From assembly GCA_964016885.1 (NCBI GenBank), contig OZ024741.1, positions 6,448,001-6,512,000 on the forward strand: a DNA stretch of 64,000 nucleotides, written 5' to 3'. A model generated the notes under the pieces. The model was not told the DNA's origin and did not search any database. It was given only the letters and a program-made list of their open reading frames with translations. Of this stretch, positions 37,879 through 49,620 are shown in pieces. The stretch is from Eledone cirrhosa (lineage: Eukaryota). The translations under genes and the position numbers were made by a program. Position 1 is the first letter of the stretch, and every line of letters starts with the position of its first letter.

Positions 37879-38222
37879 ATGTACAATATTTAATAATTAG
37901 CTGTACTAATAATTAGCTGTACTAATAAGAATGTACAATATTTAATAATTAGCTGTACTAATAAGAATGTACAATATTTAATAATTAGCTGTACTAATAA
38001 GAATGTACAATATTTAATAATTAGCTGTACTAATAAGAATGTACAATATTTAATAATTAGCTGTACTAATAAGAATGTACAATAGTTAATAATTAGCTGT
38101 ACTAATAAGAATGTACAATAGTTAATAATTAGCTGTACTAATAAGAATGTACAATATTTAATAATTAGCTGTACTAATAAGAATGTACAATAGTTAATAA
38201 TTAGCTGTACTAATAAGAATGT
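37879..38222. repeat. 36-bp minisatellite ATGTACAATATTTAATAATTAGCTGTACTAATAAGA (~9 copies)
   Basis: Seen directly. Confidence 0.95.
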
Positions 38223-38294
38223 GTTGTAAAACAGTTATTAAAAAATTCATTTTCTTGCTTTTTTTTTCTGTTGTTAAAAATATAATTTTCACAT

Positions 38295-38795
38295 CTGTCT
38301 ATATACTTCTAAAATTCTGTGATTGTGAGCTTGTCTGTTATTTAATGCAGCCAAAACGGTGCATAATGAGATAAAACTTTGAAAGGAATTTGCTCCTGAG
38401 ATTGGAATACAAATAAAATAAAACAAGTTTCGCATAAATCAGAGGACGGGGGTTTTCCAGGTAGCTTCATAAATAGAGAGAGAGAAAGATAGAAAGAATG
38501 AGATGGTGGCTGTGAGAGAGTAAATTGAAAGAAAGACATAGAGAGATAGAGAGAAGGAAAACAGAAGAGAGAGAGAGCTGGTGGTATTGTTGAATGAAAT
38601 TATAACAGGTAACTTCAAAGAATCGATTGCAGCATTATTGGTGACTGAATATTAAGTAATATATATCATATAACTTGTGTTAGGACAGGATGTGTGTAGC
38701 GAATATTTCCTGCTAAATAGGAAGGGTTTTCTAAGTTTGTGTGTGTGTGTGACCAGTGTATATAGGTCACAGACACCCACATATATACACACACG
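38295..38795 (+). mobile_element. Dispersed repeat with a Helitron-type 5' end (copy 1)
   Basis: Homologous in inverse orientation to 47685-48106 (ORFs 38342-38539 and 47849-48094 align). Begins TCTATATA..TAAAA..CTGTG..TGTCTGT, like the Helitron at 42480. Confidence 0.6.
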
Positions 38796-38939
38796 TGGAG
38801 ATGGTCTCCCCAGGTTTAAAATGCCCTAGAAACGCCGTCAATATGGCGCCTCTACAACTTCCTCGGGAGTCACAGGACCATGTAGACATAAAACCAGAAC
38901 ACAACATGGACAAATGGTTTAAAAGTTTACTTGGCATTC

Positions 38940-39260
38940 ATTAAGTCTTGGGTTTGATTAGATTGTCTGACATCTTAAGTGTCATTTACCTCAGGTTGAC
39001 CCAAGAAAGTGAAGCGGGGGAACTTTTTGGAAGGACTGTACCTGTAATTGAAAGAGCCAGTCTTGTCACACACTGTCACACTGAATCTCCCTGAGAATTA
39101 TGTTAAGGATATACGGGTCTGTGGACTGCTCGGCCACTTATACTATAATACAATATGGACTGTAATTGAAAGCATGTTCGGCCTCTTACAATTCCATGAG
39201 TAGAGGCTGTTCTGTTGATCAAACAATTGGAACAGTCATCGTTAAAACTGACGGAGATCC
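38940..39260 (+). mobile_element. Degenerate SINE-like repeat
   Basis: Resembles a recalled octopus SINE body (GTCACACTGAATCTCCCTGAGAA...GGCTGTTCTGTTGATC...GACGGAG). Not verifiable within the window. Confidence 0.4.
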
Positions 39261-39333
39261 ATCCCATTGCCAGAGAAAAACGGGAGGCAACTCATCGTTG
39301 CTTGCTATAATTGATTACAATTATTTATTTATA

Positions 39334-39650
39334 GGGTGATGGATTGGCAGTATCGGTAGAGGGTCGGACGCCATGCTTTGACGCATTGAGTTACGGCCCT
39401 TGTCTTTCATCCTTACGGGGTCGATAAAATAAAGTACCAGTAATATACTAGATAATTGGTGGCCTTGTGCCAAAAGTAGAAACATTTATTTATAGGGCGG
39501 TGGATTGGCAGTATCGGTAGAGGGTCGGACGCCATGCTTTGACGCATTGAGTTACGGCCCTTGCCTTTCATCCTTACGGGGTCGATAAAATAAAGTACCA
39601 GTAATACACTGGTTAATTGGTGGCCTTGTGCCAAAAGTAGAAACAATTAT
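39334..39650 (+). mobile_element. Tandem dimer of an internally deleted tRNA-derived SINE (B-box segment missing)
   Basis: Two ~160-bp units homologous to the SINE copies at 40197, 44500, 45990 and 48441. Confidence 0.88.
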
Positions 39651-39789
39651 TTATTTATAGAAATATATTTACTCTCGGGATTCGAATAATTATCCCTTCC
39701 CTCGCTTATTAATTGTTCAGAATACCCCCTCCCATCTACGCTTATTAATTGTTCAGAGTCCCCCCTCCCATCTACGCTTATTATATTTA

Positions 39790-40030
39790 CTAATCTATCT
39801 CTGGCGAAATATTATTTTATGTGGTAGCATTACTGCGACAATTCATTTTTATACATTAAAGAACATTAAACATGACAAAAAAAAAACGTACATTACTAGA
39901 AATCCCATATGTTATAAAATAAATAGGATGGGTTGGGGTCTCAATATGTAAACTAAACGACTAATTCTGGTTTTTCAAAAATCAACGGAGACAACCTAGA
40001 AAAATTATCGATTTTCCAACGCCACTCGAC
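39790..40030. repeat. Dispersed repeat, inverted homologue of 50140-50357 (probable DNA-transposon fragment)
   Basis: ATTACTAGAAATCCC..TGTTATAAAATA..GG.TGG.TTGGGGTCTCAATA.GTAAACTAAA mirrors 50205-50275. Confidence 0.7.
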
Positions 40031-40039
40031 CCACCCCGC

Positions 40040-40830
40040 TCCTATTACTTGTTTAATCTTGGTAATCTCCAAGATTGAATGGTTTTCCTCAACCTCGGCG
40101 AGGACAGCTGCCATCAGCCAGGTAATGGCTATTCCGGGCGGAACTTGAGTTACTCGAACTTGTACAACTTTTGTCCGCAGTAGACGGACACCATTATTGG
40201 CAGTATCAGTAGAGGGTTGGATGCCATGCTTTCTAGCATAGTTACGTCCCTTTATGGTCTGAGTTCAAATCCTGCCGAGATTAACTTTGCCTTTCATCCT
40301 TACGGGGGTCGATAAAATAAAGTACCAGTAATGTACTGGGGTAATTGCTGGCCTTGTGCTAAAAGTAGAAACAATTATTATCTCTTCCCTTTGCAGTGGT
40401 GTAATGAAGTGTGCCCTGGCTTCTTGCGTATCTGTGAAGAGAACATCAACTCTACTATACCTGGTCCCACGGGCTATGTGTGTTTTACGTGATTACACGG
40501 CACCCATAGCTTTTTGAACCTGGGACTCGCTCGCTCCACCCGGCGCGACTTTATCCTAGTTGTACAGTACGAGAGCATACGCAGACGTCTATTCTGCATG
40601 ACGCTGTGCCCATCCTTCTTGAACAATCCTTTGGCCTCCCTCATTTCCTCCTCGCTGATATGAACTCTTTCTACGGTTTTGGCCGCCTTCACAAAAGATA
40701 TGCCGTTGTTGTTGCTGCTGTTGTTGTTCCTTGATGCCCGGCATATTTTGTAGTGAAGGCAGTGTTAAAGCTAGGAAGCTGTCATAAATATTGTTAACTA
40801 GACCACCCATCACCCAACGGGTCAGGTTCA
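40040..40830 (-). pseudogene. Degraded Tx1/L1-type ORF1 relic interrupted by a SINE
   Basis: Manual translation ASESQVQKAMGAV*SRKTHIARGTRYSRVDVLFTDTQEARAHFITPLQREE [SINE] VSVYCGQK/VVQVRVTQVPPGIAITWLMAAVL parallels, by eye, the ORF1 core of 50737-51888 and 56960-58081. Confidence 0.55.
40197..40381 (+). mobile_element. tRNA-derived SINE
   Basis: TGGCAGTATCAGT A box-like, GTTCAAATC B box, GTCGATAAAATAAAGTACCAGT body, ATT tail. Confidence 0.88.
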
Positions 40831-42418
40831 TTTTAAAATAATTAAAATATACACAGACATGTATATAATGTGAAATGAAACTGGAAGGCCCATATATATA
40901 TATACGTGTATGTATGTATCTGTTAGAACACGAAAAGTGTGAAACAACAGAATGTTCACTTTTCGTGTTCTAACATATATGACTAGCTTCTTCATAAATT
41001 TTTCGGGGATAGCCGTGGTGGTGGTGATCGTATGTCATTGGCTAATTTTCAACCAATCAGAGTAAGTGTTGATATATATATATATATATATATATACTAT
41101 TCCCCCTCTCTCTATATATATTTTACGCTTTCGCTTTACACTCCTCCCCTTCAATAACACATTTCCCCCTCTCTATATATCTCTTCCACTGTTACTTACG
41201 CCTGTTTCTCTCTATCTGTTCCGTCTCTATATATATCTCTCTTACTCTTTGCACTCCTCCCCTTCAATACCATCTCTCCCCCTCTCTATATATTTGTTAC
41301 TCTATCGCTGCACGCTCCTCTCCTTCAATATATCAATTACACACGCTTTACACTCCTTTATCCCCAGCGCCCCTATATATACACACCCCCTCCCGCATCT
41401 ATATTTTAATGTTCCGTTGCACCGTGAATATATGTGTCTATATATATATACATATATATTGTATATACACATTCATGTATGTGTATACACACTCATGTAT
41501 GTATATACACTGGTTTTATGTGTGTATTGTAAATTTGTACTGTTAAAACACGAAACTAACATTCGATTGACACTTTGATTACCTGTACAGGCAATAGTTA
41601 TTAGAATGCTGTTGAAGTGTGTATATATTTTTGGGGGACATCCTGTATATACACACATTATATATAATACAATAAACAGATAAATACACACATATATATA
41701 TGAGCTTATTTAATTATAAATATTGTGAATTTTTAACTCAGTTCAATTATATATATAAATGGCTTCTACAGGACTAGAACTGTTTCATTCGAAAGAAATC
41801 ATCATAATATTGAGAGGGGGGACTAGATAAAATATTTCAAATCAAATGTGTATAAGTTATAAGTTAAAATGTATAAATAGAGACGATAGTGGAGGTATAT
41901 CTGTTTAGTGGAACAGTAGACGATAGAATTAAATACAGACGAGAATCTCCCTTTAATGAAACAGCAGACGATAGAATTAAGGCAATTTAAATTTTAAGCA
42001 TTTGCATTTCATCGTTACGGGGTCGATAAAATAAAGTACCAGTAATACACTGTCACTATAAGTAGACGACTTTCAAATTGAATTGTTGGTTCCATTTCTT
42101 TAGTATTTTCAATTGTAGTTATCTACTTAAAAAGCGTTACACGGTTAGAGACATAATTGGTAAGTTATATCTTCCCTATTAAACCATTGCATTATTTCGC
42201 CTACAATAGAACAAAAATGAAATGTTCTTTAAAGAAACAGGAATATAACTTTATAAAAAAAAAAGTTGCATCCGCTTCTTTTATCATTGATAATTTTTTC
42301 GTTTTAATATTAATTGTTTTTTGTAGTTGTTTATATTAAAAATCTTACTGTAATATTTACTTAAACGAAGGCAGACATCTAAACTTATAGATTAATCTTG
42401 AGCGAAGGACTAGATAAA

Positions 42419-42479
<61 letters not shown>

Positions 42480-42488
<9 letters not shown>

Positions 42489-43513
42489 TGTGGTTGTCTG
42501 TCTGTCTATCGATTTTTGGCACACATCTCCTCTTAGAATCTCTCACGGAATTGCACCGAAATTGCTATACTTGTACATTGAGCCCTAGCGAAGACATCGG
42601 AAAAAAAAATATTTCAAATTGACCCACCCTATGTGACGAAATCGAATATAATGTATCGATTTTTTAGCGTAAGTTATCAGTTATTTCCCTTTGTTCTGTT
42701 TACATTGAGCGTCTTACGTAAAAAATTACGCTGGCTTTCTCAGTCTTTGTTAATAAATAACCAGTGCAGTTTTTATCCCCAGCATCCTCTTTTGTTATAA
42801 CATTCGGGTTATCGTTATGTTTTCTTAACTTCATAAGGCATATTGTTGGTTGAGGGAATATTAATCAAAAACACCACATGCAAGTCTGCACAGTAGACAC
42901 TACAGTTTTTAAGCCAAAAAAGAAACTTAACATTGTAACTTTAACACAGCTACTGAGCGACCCCGTTTTGCTTCATTTCCATTTAAAAGCATTTTAAAAC
43001 AATATTTTTACTTGAAAACAAGTCTATTTAAAGACTACGTAAAACAAGCAAATATTTCGTCGTTAGGCGTGCAGACAGACAGTCGTGCAGACAGATAGTC
43101 GTGCAGAGAGGTGATATAGGCGTGCAGACAGATAGTCGTGCAGAGAGGTGATATAGGCGTGCAGACAGATAGTCGTGCAGAGAGGTGATATAGACGTGCA
43201 GACAGACATAACTGATAATTTGGTTACGCTAATGTTTTTCTCTGCGTTGCAGTGTTTACATTTTCGATCTTTGTTAATAAATAACCAGTGCAGTTTCTAT
43301 CCCCAGCATCCTCTTTTGTTATAACATTCGGGTTATCGTTATGTTTTCTTAACTTCATAAGGCATATTGTTGGTTGAGGGAATATTAATCAAAAACACCA
43401 CATGCAAGTCTGCACAGTAGACACTACAGTTTTTAAGCCAAGAAAGAAACTTAACATTGTAACTTTAACACAGCTACTGAGCGACCCCGAGCAACGCCGG
43501 GCTTTACTGCTAG
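42480..43513 (+). mobile_element. Non-autonomous Helitron with an internal ~220-bp duplication and a 37-bp minisatellite
   Basis: 3' hairpin CCCGAGCAACGCCGGG followed by CTAG|T (43510-43513). 5' end TATAAAACTGTGGTTGTCTGTCTGTCT lies in (TA)n. 42744-42964 is duplicated at 43268-43489. Repeat units at 43065-43205. Confidence 0.82.
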
Positions 43514-43521
43514 TATATATA

Positions 43522-43737
43522 TAAACGAAGAATGATAACATTTCAAGCAAAGAGTTTAATTAGGTAATGACTTACAAATTTGTTTCAGTATATATTTAAT
43601 ATAATATTAATATATTTTGTAATATTATTAACTAATTATTATAATTAGCGCTTCAGGCTTTGTCTATATACTGAAACAAATTTGTAAGTCATTACCTAAT
43701 TAAACTCTTTGCTTGAAATTTTATCACTCTTCGTTTT
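43522..43737. repeat. ~72-bp inverted repeat pair, probable PLE inverted pLTR remnant
   Basis: 43522-43595 mirrors 43666-43737. Contains GAAACAAATTTGTA (hammerhead 3' half with palindromic stem III). Confidence 0.7.
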
Positions 43738-43919
43738 GAATTTCTCCTAAGTATTCAATACTCTGTTGAGAAATACATTTTACATAAACAGTCTTTGTAC
43801 CATTTATACGGTATTAATTACTTATATTTATATATATATATAGCGTATGATTAGAACTGTGTTTATTATTAATATTTTAATGGATTTAATGAAAAATTTT
43901 AGGTGTTCATATATATATT

Positions 43920-43984
43920 CTAAAAATGCGCGAAATCGTGAATCCGCGATAGTTGAACCGCCAAGTAGCGAGGTATCACTGTAT
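43920..43984 (+). mobile_element. pogo/Tigger-like terminal fragment
   Basis: Ends ...CCGCGATAGTTGAACCGCCAAGTAGCGAGGTATCACTG-TA, a typical Tigger-type TIR plus TA. Confidence 0.5.
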
Positions 43985-44009
43985 ATATGTTTAAATATAT
44001 AGTGTAGCT

Positions 44010-44474
44010 GTGATGTATCTCGCGAGTGAATCGAGACCTGTCACTGATTTTGGTGTCCCCACTGCCGATGTGAATGAGCAACGCTGCACTTGTGAATTGG
44101 GTCTTGATGTTGCAGGCAGTTCATATACTTACAATGATGCGGTCCCACAAGCTTGTTCACATTCCTGTGCTAATAATCTAGATGGGCGTATTAAATTGGA
44201 TGTGAAAGCAGCTTACCGGATGCGGAATCGGCAGAAGTTGAGACAAAAACAGGCCGATTATAGAGCTGTGAATTTTGCTAAATTAACACAAAAACAGGCC
44301 AAGTATAGATGTTCAAAACGGTATGAGTTGGCAAACAAGCAGGCCAAGTATAGATCTGCAAATTCAGCTATTATATCTCAAAAGCAAGCCGAGCGTAGAG
44401 CTTCTAAACGTACCGAGTTGGCTAAAGAGCAGACCGAGTACAGATCTGCAAATATCTTATTGCACAAACAATAA
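44010..44474 (+). other. Open frame with 14-aa repeats (KQAxYRxxNxxxLx); probably a TE or viral relic, function unknown
   Basis: About six 42-nt repeats that are diverged at DNA level but conserve KQA-YR at protein level. Confidence 0.4.
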
Positions 44475-44499
44475 TTCTGCACAAATGTTGCTCCATTAT

Positions 44500-44682
44500 T
44501 TTGGCAGTATTGGTAGAGGGTCGGATGCCATGCTTTCCAGCATAGTTACGTCCCTTTACGATCTGAGTTCAAATCCTGCCGAGGTTGACTTTGCCTTTCA
44601 TCCTTACGGGGTAGATAAAATAAAGTACCAGTAATGCACTGGGTAATTGCTGGCCTTGTGCCTAAAGTAGAAACAATTATTA
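44500..44682 (+). mobile_element. tRNA-derived SINE
   Basis: Same family as 40197-40381. Confidence 0.88.
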
Positions 44683-44864
44683 GATCTAATGTTGCAACGA
44701 TACAGTTAAATGTTGTCTGTGTATTTTAAAAAAGATTTGCTTATAATCTTTTCAAATTTCATTACGCCAATGATTCAAGCTCAAATTGACATTATCTAAA
44801 AAATTGTACAAACAGCGGTGGATTAGCAGTAGTGAACAGATAAATCAGTCAATTTATTAAGATT

Positions 44865-45520
44865 GACTTGGCATCAATCAGCAAGACCTTCATTAGCTGC
44901 TTTCCAGCCATCTATTTAAAGCTGTATACATCTATGGTACGAATACACTTGGAGTTCGCGTCATCAGTCTGGAACCCCTATCTTGCTCAGAACATTGACC
45001 TCCTGGAAACTGTTCAGAGACATGCAACCAAGCGCATACCCTCCATCAGACACCTACCATGCCCTGAATATTTTGCTTCCCTCTGGCAATGGACTTGGTA
45101 AACACCCACAAAGTTATTAACCATCCGACCAACAACAACCCCGAACACCTTTTTGATCTCCATGTGTCTAACACGTGGACATGCCTACAAAGTCAGAAAA
45201 CAACACAGCTCCCATGACTTTAGGAAATATTTCTTCATGCTCAGAGTTGCTGAAGGATGGAACAAACTTCCTGCATCAGTTGTTAGCTGATGACACACTG
45301 CATCCTTTAAAACCATCATACATTTCGAAATACACCAAAACTACACCTGATGTCCCCCTTCCATACACATGCACATATGTGTATATCATGACTCATGCAC
45401 TGTTCTTTTTTCCTGACGTTTTTATATTACCCTATGTATTATATATGCACTTTTGATGAGTTGTAGTGCACCTCAGCATTGTACACAATATTTTCATTAT
45501 TATTATCATTATTATTATTA
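44865..45520 (+). mobile_element. CR1-clade LINE 3' fragment with (ATT)n tail
   Basis: LYTSMVRIHLEFASSVWNPY...LETVQRHATK and TRGHAYKV...RKYFFMLRVAEGWNKLPASVV. (ATT)n at 45497-45520. Confidence 0.88.
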
Positions 45521-45989
45521 CACTCATTGATCCATTTTGCACTAACTCTGCATCAAGCACCCTCACCTAAATATTAACCAATCAAGGATCCAATACAGCT
45601 ATCTGTTGGATGAGTATTGTATAGTGCCAAAAACGAAACCAATCAGTTTAGCAGAAAGTTTCCAGACAAGAAACACGCATATTTTGCTATCCTCAAACAC
45701 GTTTACACATGGCATGAAATATAACTAATCCGAGATGGCTAGGTTTCATCTTCTAACTGGATATACGAAATCCATTATGTCTTGACAACAACATGAGGTA
45801 ACATTATGTTATTCACAGACACACTTTGTACACTGTTCCATATCAGAATGTATTTCCTTCGTCACATTCACAAACAGTATTGAAAATATGTTCTTCGGCA
45901 AATAAAAATGTTTTGTTCATAATATTTCAACTAGCGATTGCTCTACTCCACGCACGACCACCATAAATTAATGACCAGCTCAACACAAG

Positions 45990-46161
45990 TATTGGTAGAG
46001 CGTCAGACACCATGCTTTGCAGTATTGTTATGGTCCTTTGCATTCTAAGTTCAAATCCTGCCGAGGTTAACTTCGACTTTCATACTTACTAATTCGATAA
46101 AATAAAGTACCAGTAATGGACTGCCGTAATGGATTTGTGCCGAAAAATAGAAACACTATTA
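45990..46161 (+). mobile_element. tRNA-derived SINE, older copy
   Basis: GTTCAAATCCTGCCGAGGTTAAC...CGATAAAATAAAGTACCAGT. Confidence 0.8.
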
Positions 46162-46711
46162 ATGTGCAATAAGAGCAAAATATAACGACATTGCTCAATT
46201 ATTTTATCTAATGTTGTAATAACACAAGGAAATGTTGTTTGTGTATTTTTTTTTATATTTGCTCATAGGCTTTTACAATTTCGCTCAGCCAACAACTATT
46301 AAAAAGTGAGTTGCTTAAGATAACAATTTAATCACAAATTGTTGCTATCTTTTAATACACTCCAACAAGTCATCAAATTATGTACAATAAAAACAAATCT
46401 TATTAATTTGCTCAGGGAATATAAAGAAAATGTATATACACTGATAATTGCAATTGTATGTAAATATTTTGTTTTTGTATTGTTTATTTTATGTTTTCTA
46501 TTATGTATAATATATTGATTTAATATTGATTGTTTTTTGTAGTTGTTTATATTAAAAGTCTGAAAATATTTTTATACATCTTACACTAATATTTATAAGA
46601 TAATTTATAATAACAATTACATAATCTAATTACATTACAACGATAATTTATTATTAATATATATCCTGTTTAACTAGAGTTATTACAAGCGTTGCCTTAA
46701 AAAAATATTAA

Positions 46712-47668
46712 ACTAGACATGAAAAATGCGCAAGCTCAAAGGTGCCACAGAATGTTATAATAAACCTTCAAAAGTGTGGGACTAGAGTTGTTGCTAAAAA
46801 ATATTGTAATCATTATATATCGTACATTCTGTGGCATCCTTTATAAAAATAGCTTAAACCAACGAAGCTTTTATTTTTACGCTATTTCACTTAGTTAATT
46901 CTTAGAGTGTAACATATAAAAATAAATACATCTATGTTTAATGTAATAACAGCTATAAATAATTACGTAATATTATTATCATATACTCATAGTAACAAAA
47001 TAATCGTGTTGAAAATTAATATGATGCTTATATGAACGATCAAATCTATAATGATAATTTCTTAAATATACTAATAGTAAAATAATTTAGTTATCTATTG
47101 TTACATTTTCATAGAACTATAATATTAACAATCGTATTGCATTATCAAATTTTTATCACTACAAACTTTCATATTGGAATTACCTTAAGCCACTTATTAT
47201 TACTTCGCTTTCGTACTTTTACAGCTGTAGATATTGCGCTGTATCTTATATCTAATATCAATATCTCATGGTAATTTGCATGCAGTGTAAAATAGGTTTA
47301 TTAATAACTTTAATATGAAATGTATTATACAGGGCTGCGGAGTCGGCCAAAAATTGACTGGCTCCAACTCAGGATCCGATACTCCATTATTTCCTAAATT
47401 TCAGCTCCGCAGCTCTGTTATTATATTAATTAATTTATTTTATAGTTGTAAATCATATTTTTATATGTTACACTCTAAGAATTAACTAAGTGAAATAGCG
47501 TAAAAATAAAGGCTTCGTTGGTTTAAGCTATTTTTATAAAGGATGCCACAGAATGTACGATATATAATGATTACAATATTTTTTAGCAACAACTCTAGTC
47601 CCACACTTTTGAAGGTTTATTATAACATTCTGTGGCACCTTTGAGCTTGCGCATTTTTCATGTCTAGT
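46712..47668. mobile_element. Fold-back element with ~210-bp near-perfect terminal inverted repeats
   Basis: 46712-46922 is the reverse complement of 47457-47668; about one mismatch seen. Confidence 0.8.
47330..47417. mobile_element. 88-bp hAT-type MITE
   Basis: TIRs CAGGGCTGCGGAG / CTCCGCAGCTCTG. 8-bp TSD GTATTATA / TTATTATA (7/8). Confidence 0.75.
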
Positions 47669-47684
47669 ATATATATATATCAAT

Positions 47685-48106
47685 GTGTGTGTTAGTATTC
47701 ATATATATATGGGGGCGGGGTATGTGATCTATATACACTGGTCATAGACACACACACATATATATACACACACACTCATATATATATATACACAACAACA
47801 CCACCAGCTCTCTTCCATTCTCCTCCTCTGTCTCCTCTCCCTCTCTCTATGTCTCTCTTTCAATCTACTCTCCCACAATCTCTTCCTCTCTATCCTTCTC
47901 TCTCTCTCTCTCTGTTTATGAAGGTACCCAGAAAAAACCCATATCTCATGAACCCGTGCTCCGATTTACGCGAAACTTGTTTTATCCCATTTGTATTCTC
48001 ATTTCAGGGGCAACTTCCTTTCAAAGTATTTTCCCATTATGCGCCCTTTTGGCTGTATTACATTACAGACAAGCAAGCTATCACAGAGTTTTAGTATTAT
48101 ATAGAT
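47685..48106 (-). mobile_element. Dispersed repeat with a Helitron-type 5' end (copy 2)
   Basis: Homologous to 38295-38795. Confidence 0.6.
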
Positions 48107-48440
48107 AACTATTGCTTTCATTGCTGTCTAGATTCGCTCCACTAGCTACATTTCAGCTGTGTGTTGTGTTGTCAAGAGTTGTGCTGCTGGTAATGACATC
48201 CCCCGTGTCACGTGCTAGTATGTCCTCTCGGTGGAGAAGCGGCTGTCACCATTTTTCACTAACCAAAACAAAACCCTCAAATATTTGAGCCAAAAGTCCC
48301 AAATATTGAGGGGTCTACTTTGTTGGGGATAAAGTCTTATGTCCCCTTTACAATGAAAATTTCAAAATAGTAATTTAAACGAGTGTAAAAAAAACGAGAC
48401 TTACGGGAGTCGAAAACAACACACCTGATGATAACGAATA

Positions 48441-48644
48441 CTACTAATAATAATAATTGTTTCTACTATTGGCACAAGGCCAGCAATTAACCAGTACATT
48501 ACTGGTACTTTATTTTATTGACCCCGTAAGGATGAAAGGCAAAGTTAACCTCGGCAGGATTTGAACTCAGAATGGCAAGGGCCGTAACTCTATGCGTCAA
48601 AGCATGGCATCCGACCCTCTACCAATACTGCCAATTCACCGCCC
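48441..48644 (-). mobile_element. tRNA-derived SINE, full length, in (TAA)n
   Basis: Reverse complement of the 40197-type SINE, including the GGGCGGTGAATTGGCAG head. Confidence 0.88.
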
Positions 48645-49436
48645 TACTAATAATAATAATAATGTTTTTATAACTTATTTACCTATCAACTTTTATGATG
48701 TGACTTGGTAAGTGAATGTGAGGACGAAACAACATAGAAAGCTATAGAAAACTGCCCAAACCAACGATACCTCCCCTAAATATTTGGTTGACACTCGGCA
48801 GTCATTTCATATAAAGTGAAATGAAAAGAAAACATAACAATAATCTTGTTAAGTCCGTTTTCCCGTGTTTGCATGAATTTCACTGATCTTTACAACATAT
48901 ATTTCCTCCAATGGTTGTATTTCTTCGTTATCTCCTCCACTGCAGTTTCCTTCCACTTATAACAGCTGACACATCGCCAAATATATTTCCTTTTTATCTA
49001 ACTTTCAGTCTTAATTTACTCCTCTCAACGCTGCTGTCTTTTGCTCTGGTGTTGGCTCCGTTGTTCACCCCTTCCTTTAATATTGCAACATTAAAAGAAT
49101 ATATCCTTCTGAAAGAATCGCAAGCAATTTATAATGTTATCTAAGCATTTGTAATGTTATTTATCTATATATTTAAAACATATTTATGTTATTTTACTGT
49201 AAATTTATTTATATGCTTTGTATAATAAACTAAATAAGTAGTATTTGTAATAATGAATATTGTAATACATCAAAAAATAAAAAAAATTACTGCTACCAGT
49301 GTGTTAACTTAAAATATTCCGTTGACCCTTGTGATGTGATGTGTGACCTATTGTCACACCTGTTAGTGAACGTTTTTTTTATATATTTGTTGTTCTTTCC
49401 CTCACTCTAGTCAAATATTTTGGTGTTATATGTACA

Positions 49437-49620
49437 AGGTTCCTAGCAGTTGTTAGTTGTATTTATTATATGTATTTATAGTTGTGAGGTTCCTAGCAGT
49501 TGTCAGTTGTATTTATTATATGTATTTATAGTTGTGAGGTTCCTAGCAGTTGTTAGTTGTATTTATTATATGTATTTATAGTTGTGAGGTTCCTAGCAAT
49601 AATTAATTGTATTTATTATA
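49437..49620. repeat. 50-bp minisatellite (~3.7 copies)
   Basis: AGGTTCCTAGCAGTTGTTAGTTGTATTTATTATATGTATTTATAGTTGTG repeated. Confidence 0.93.

Noticed and set aside
40921-40975. Short hairpin TGTTAGAACACGAAAAGTG...CACTTTTCGTGTTCTAACA as a miRNA or terminator
   Set aside because: It is a real inverted repeat, but among many TE-derived palindromes here nothing supports an RNA gene.
48424-48440. CTGATGA...GAA hammerhead-like core
   Set aside because: No GAAA and no supporting stems.
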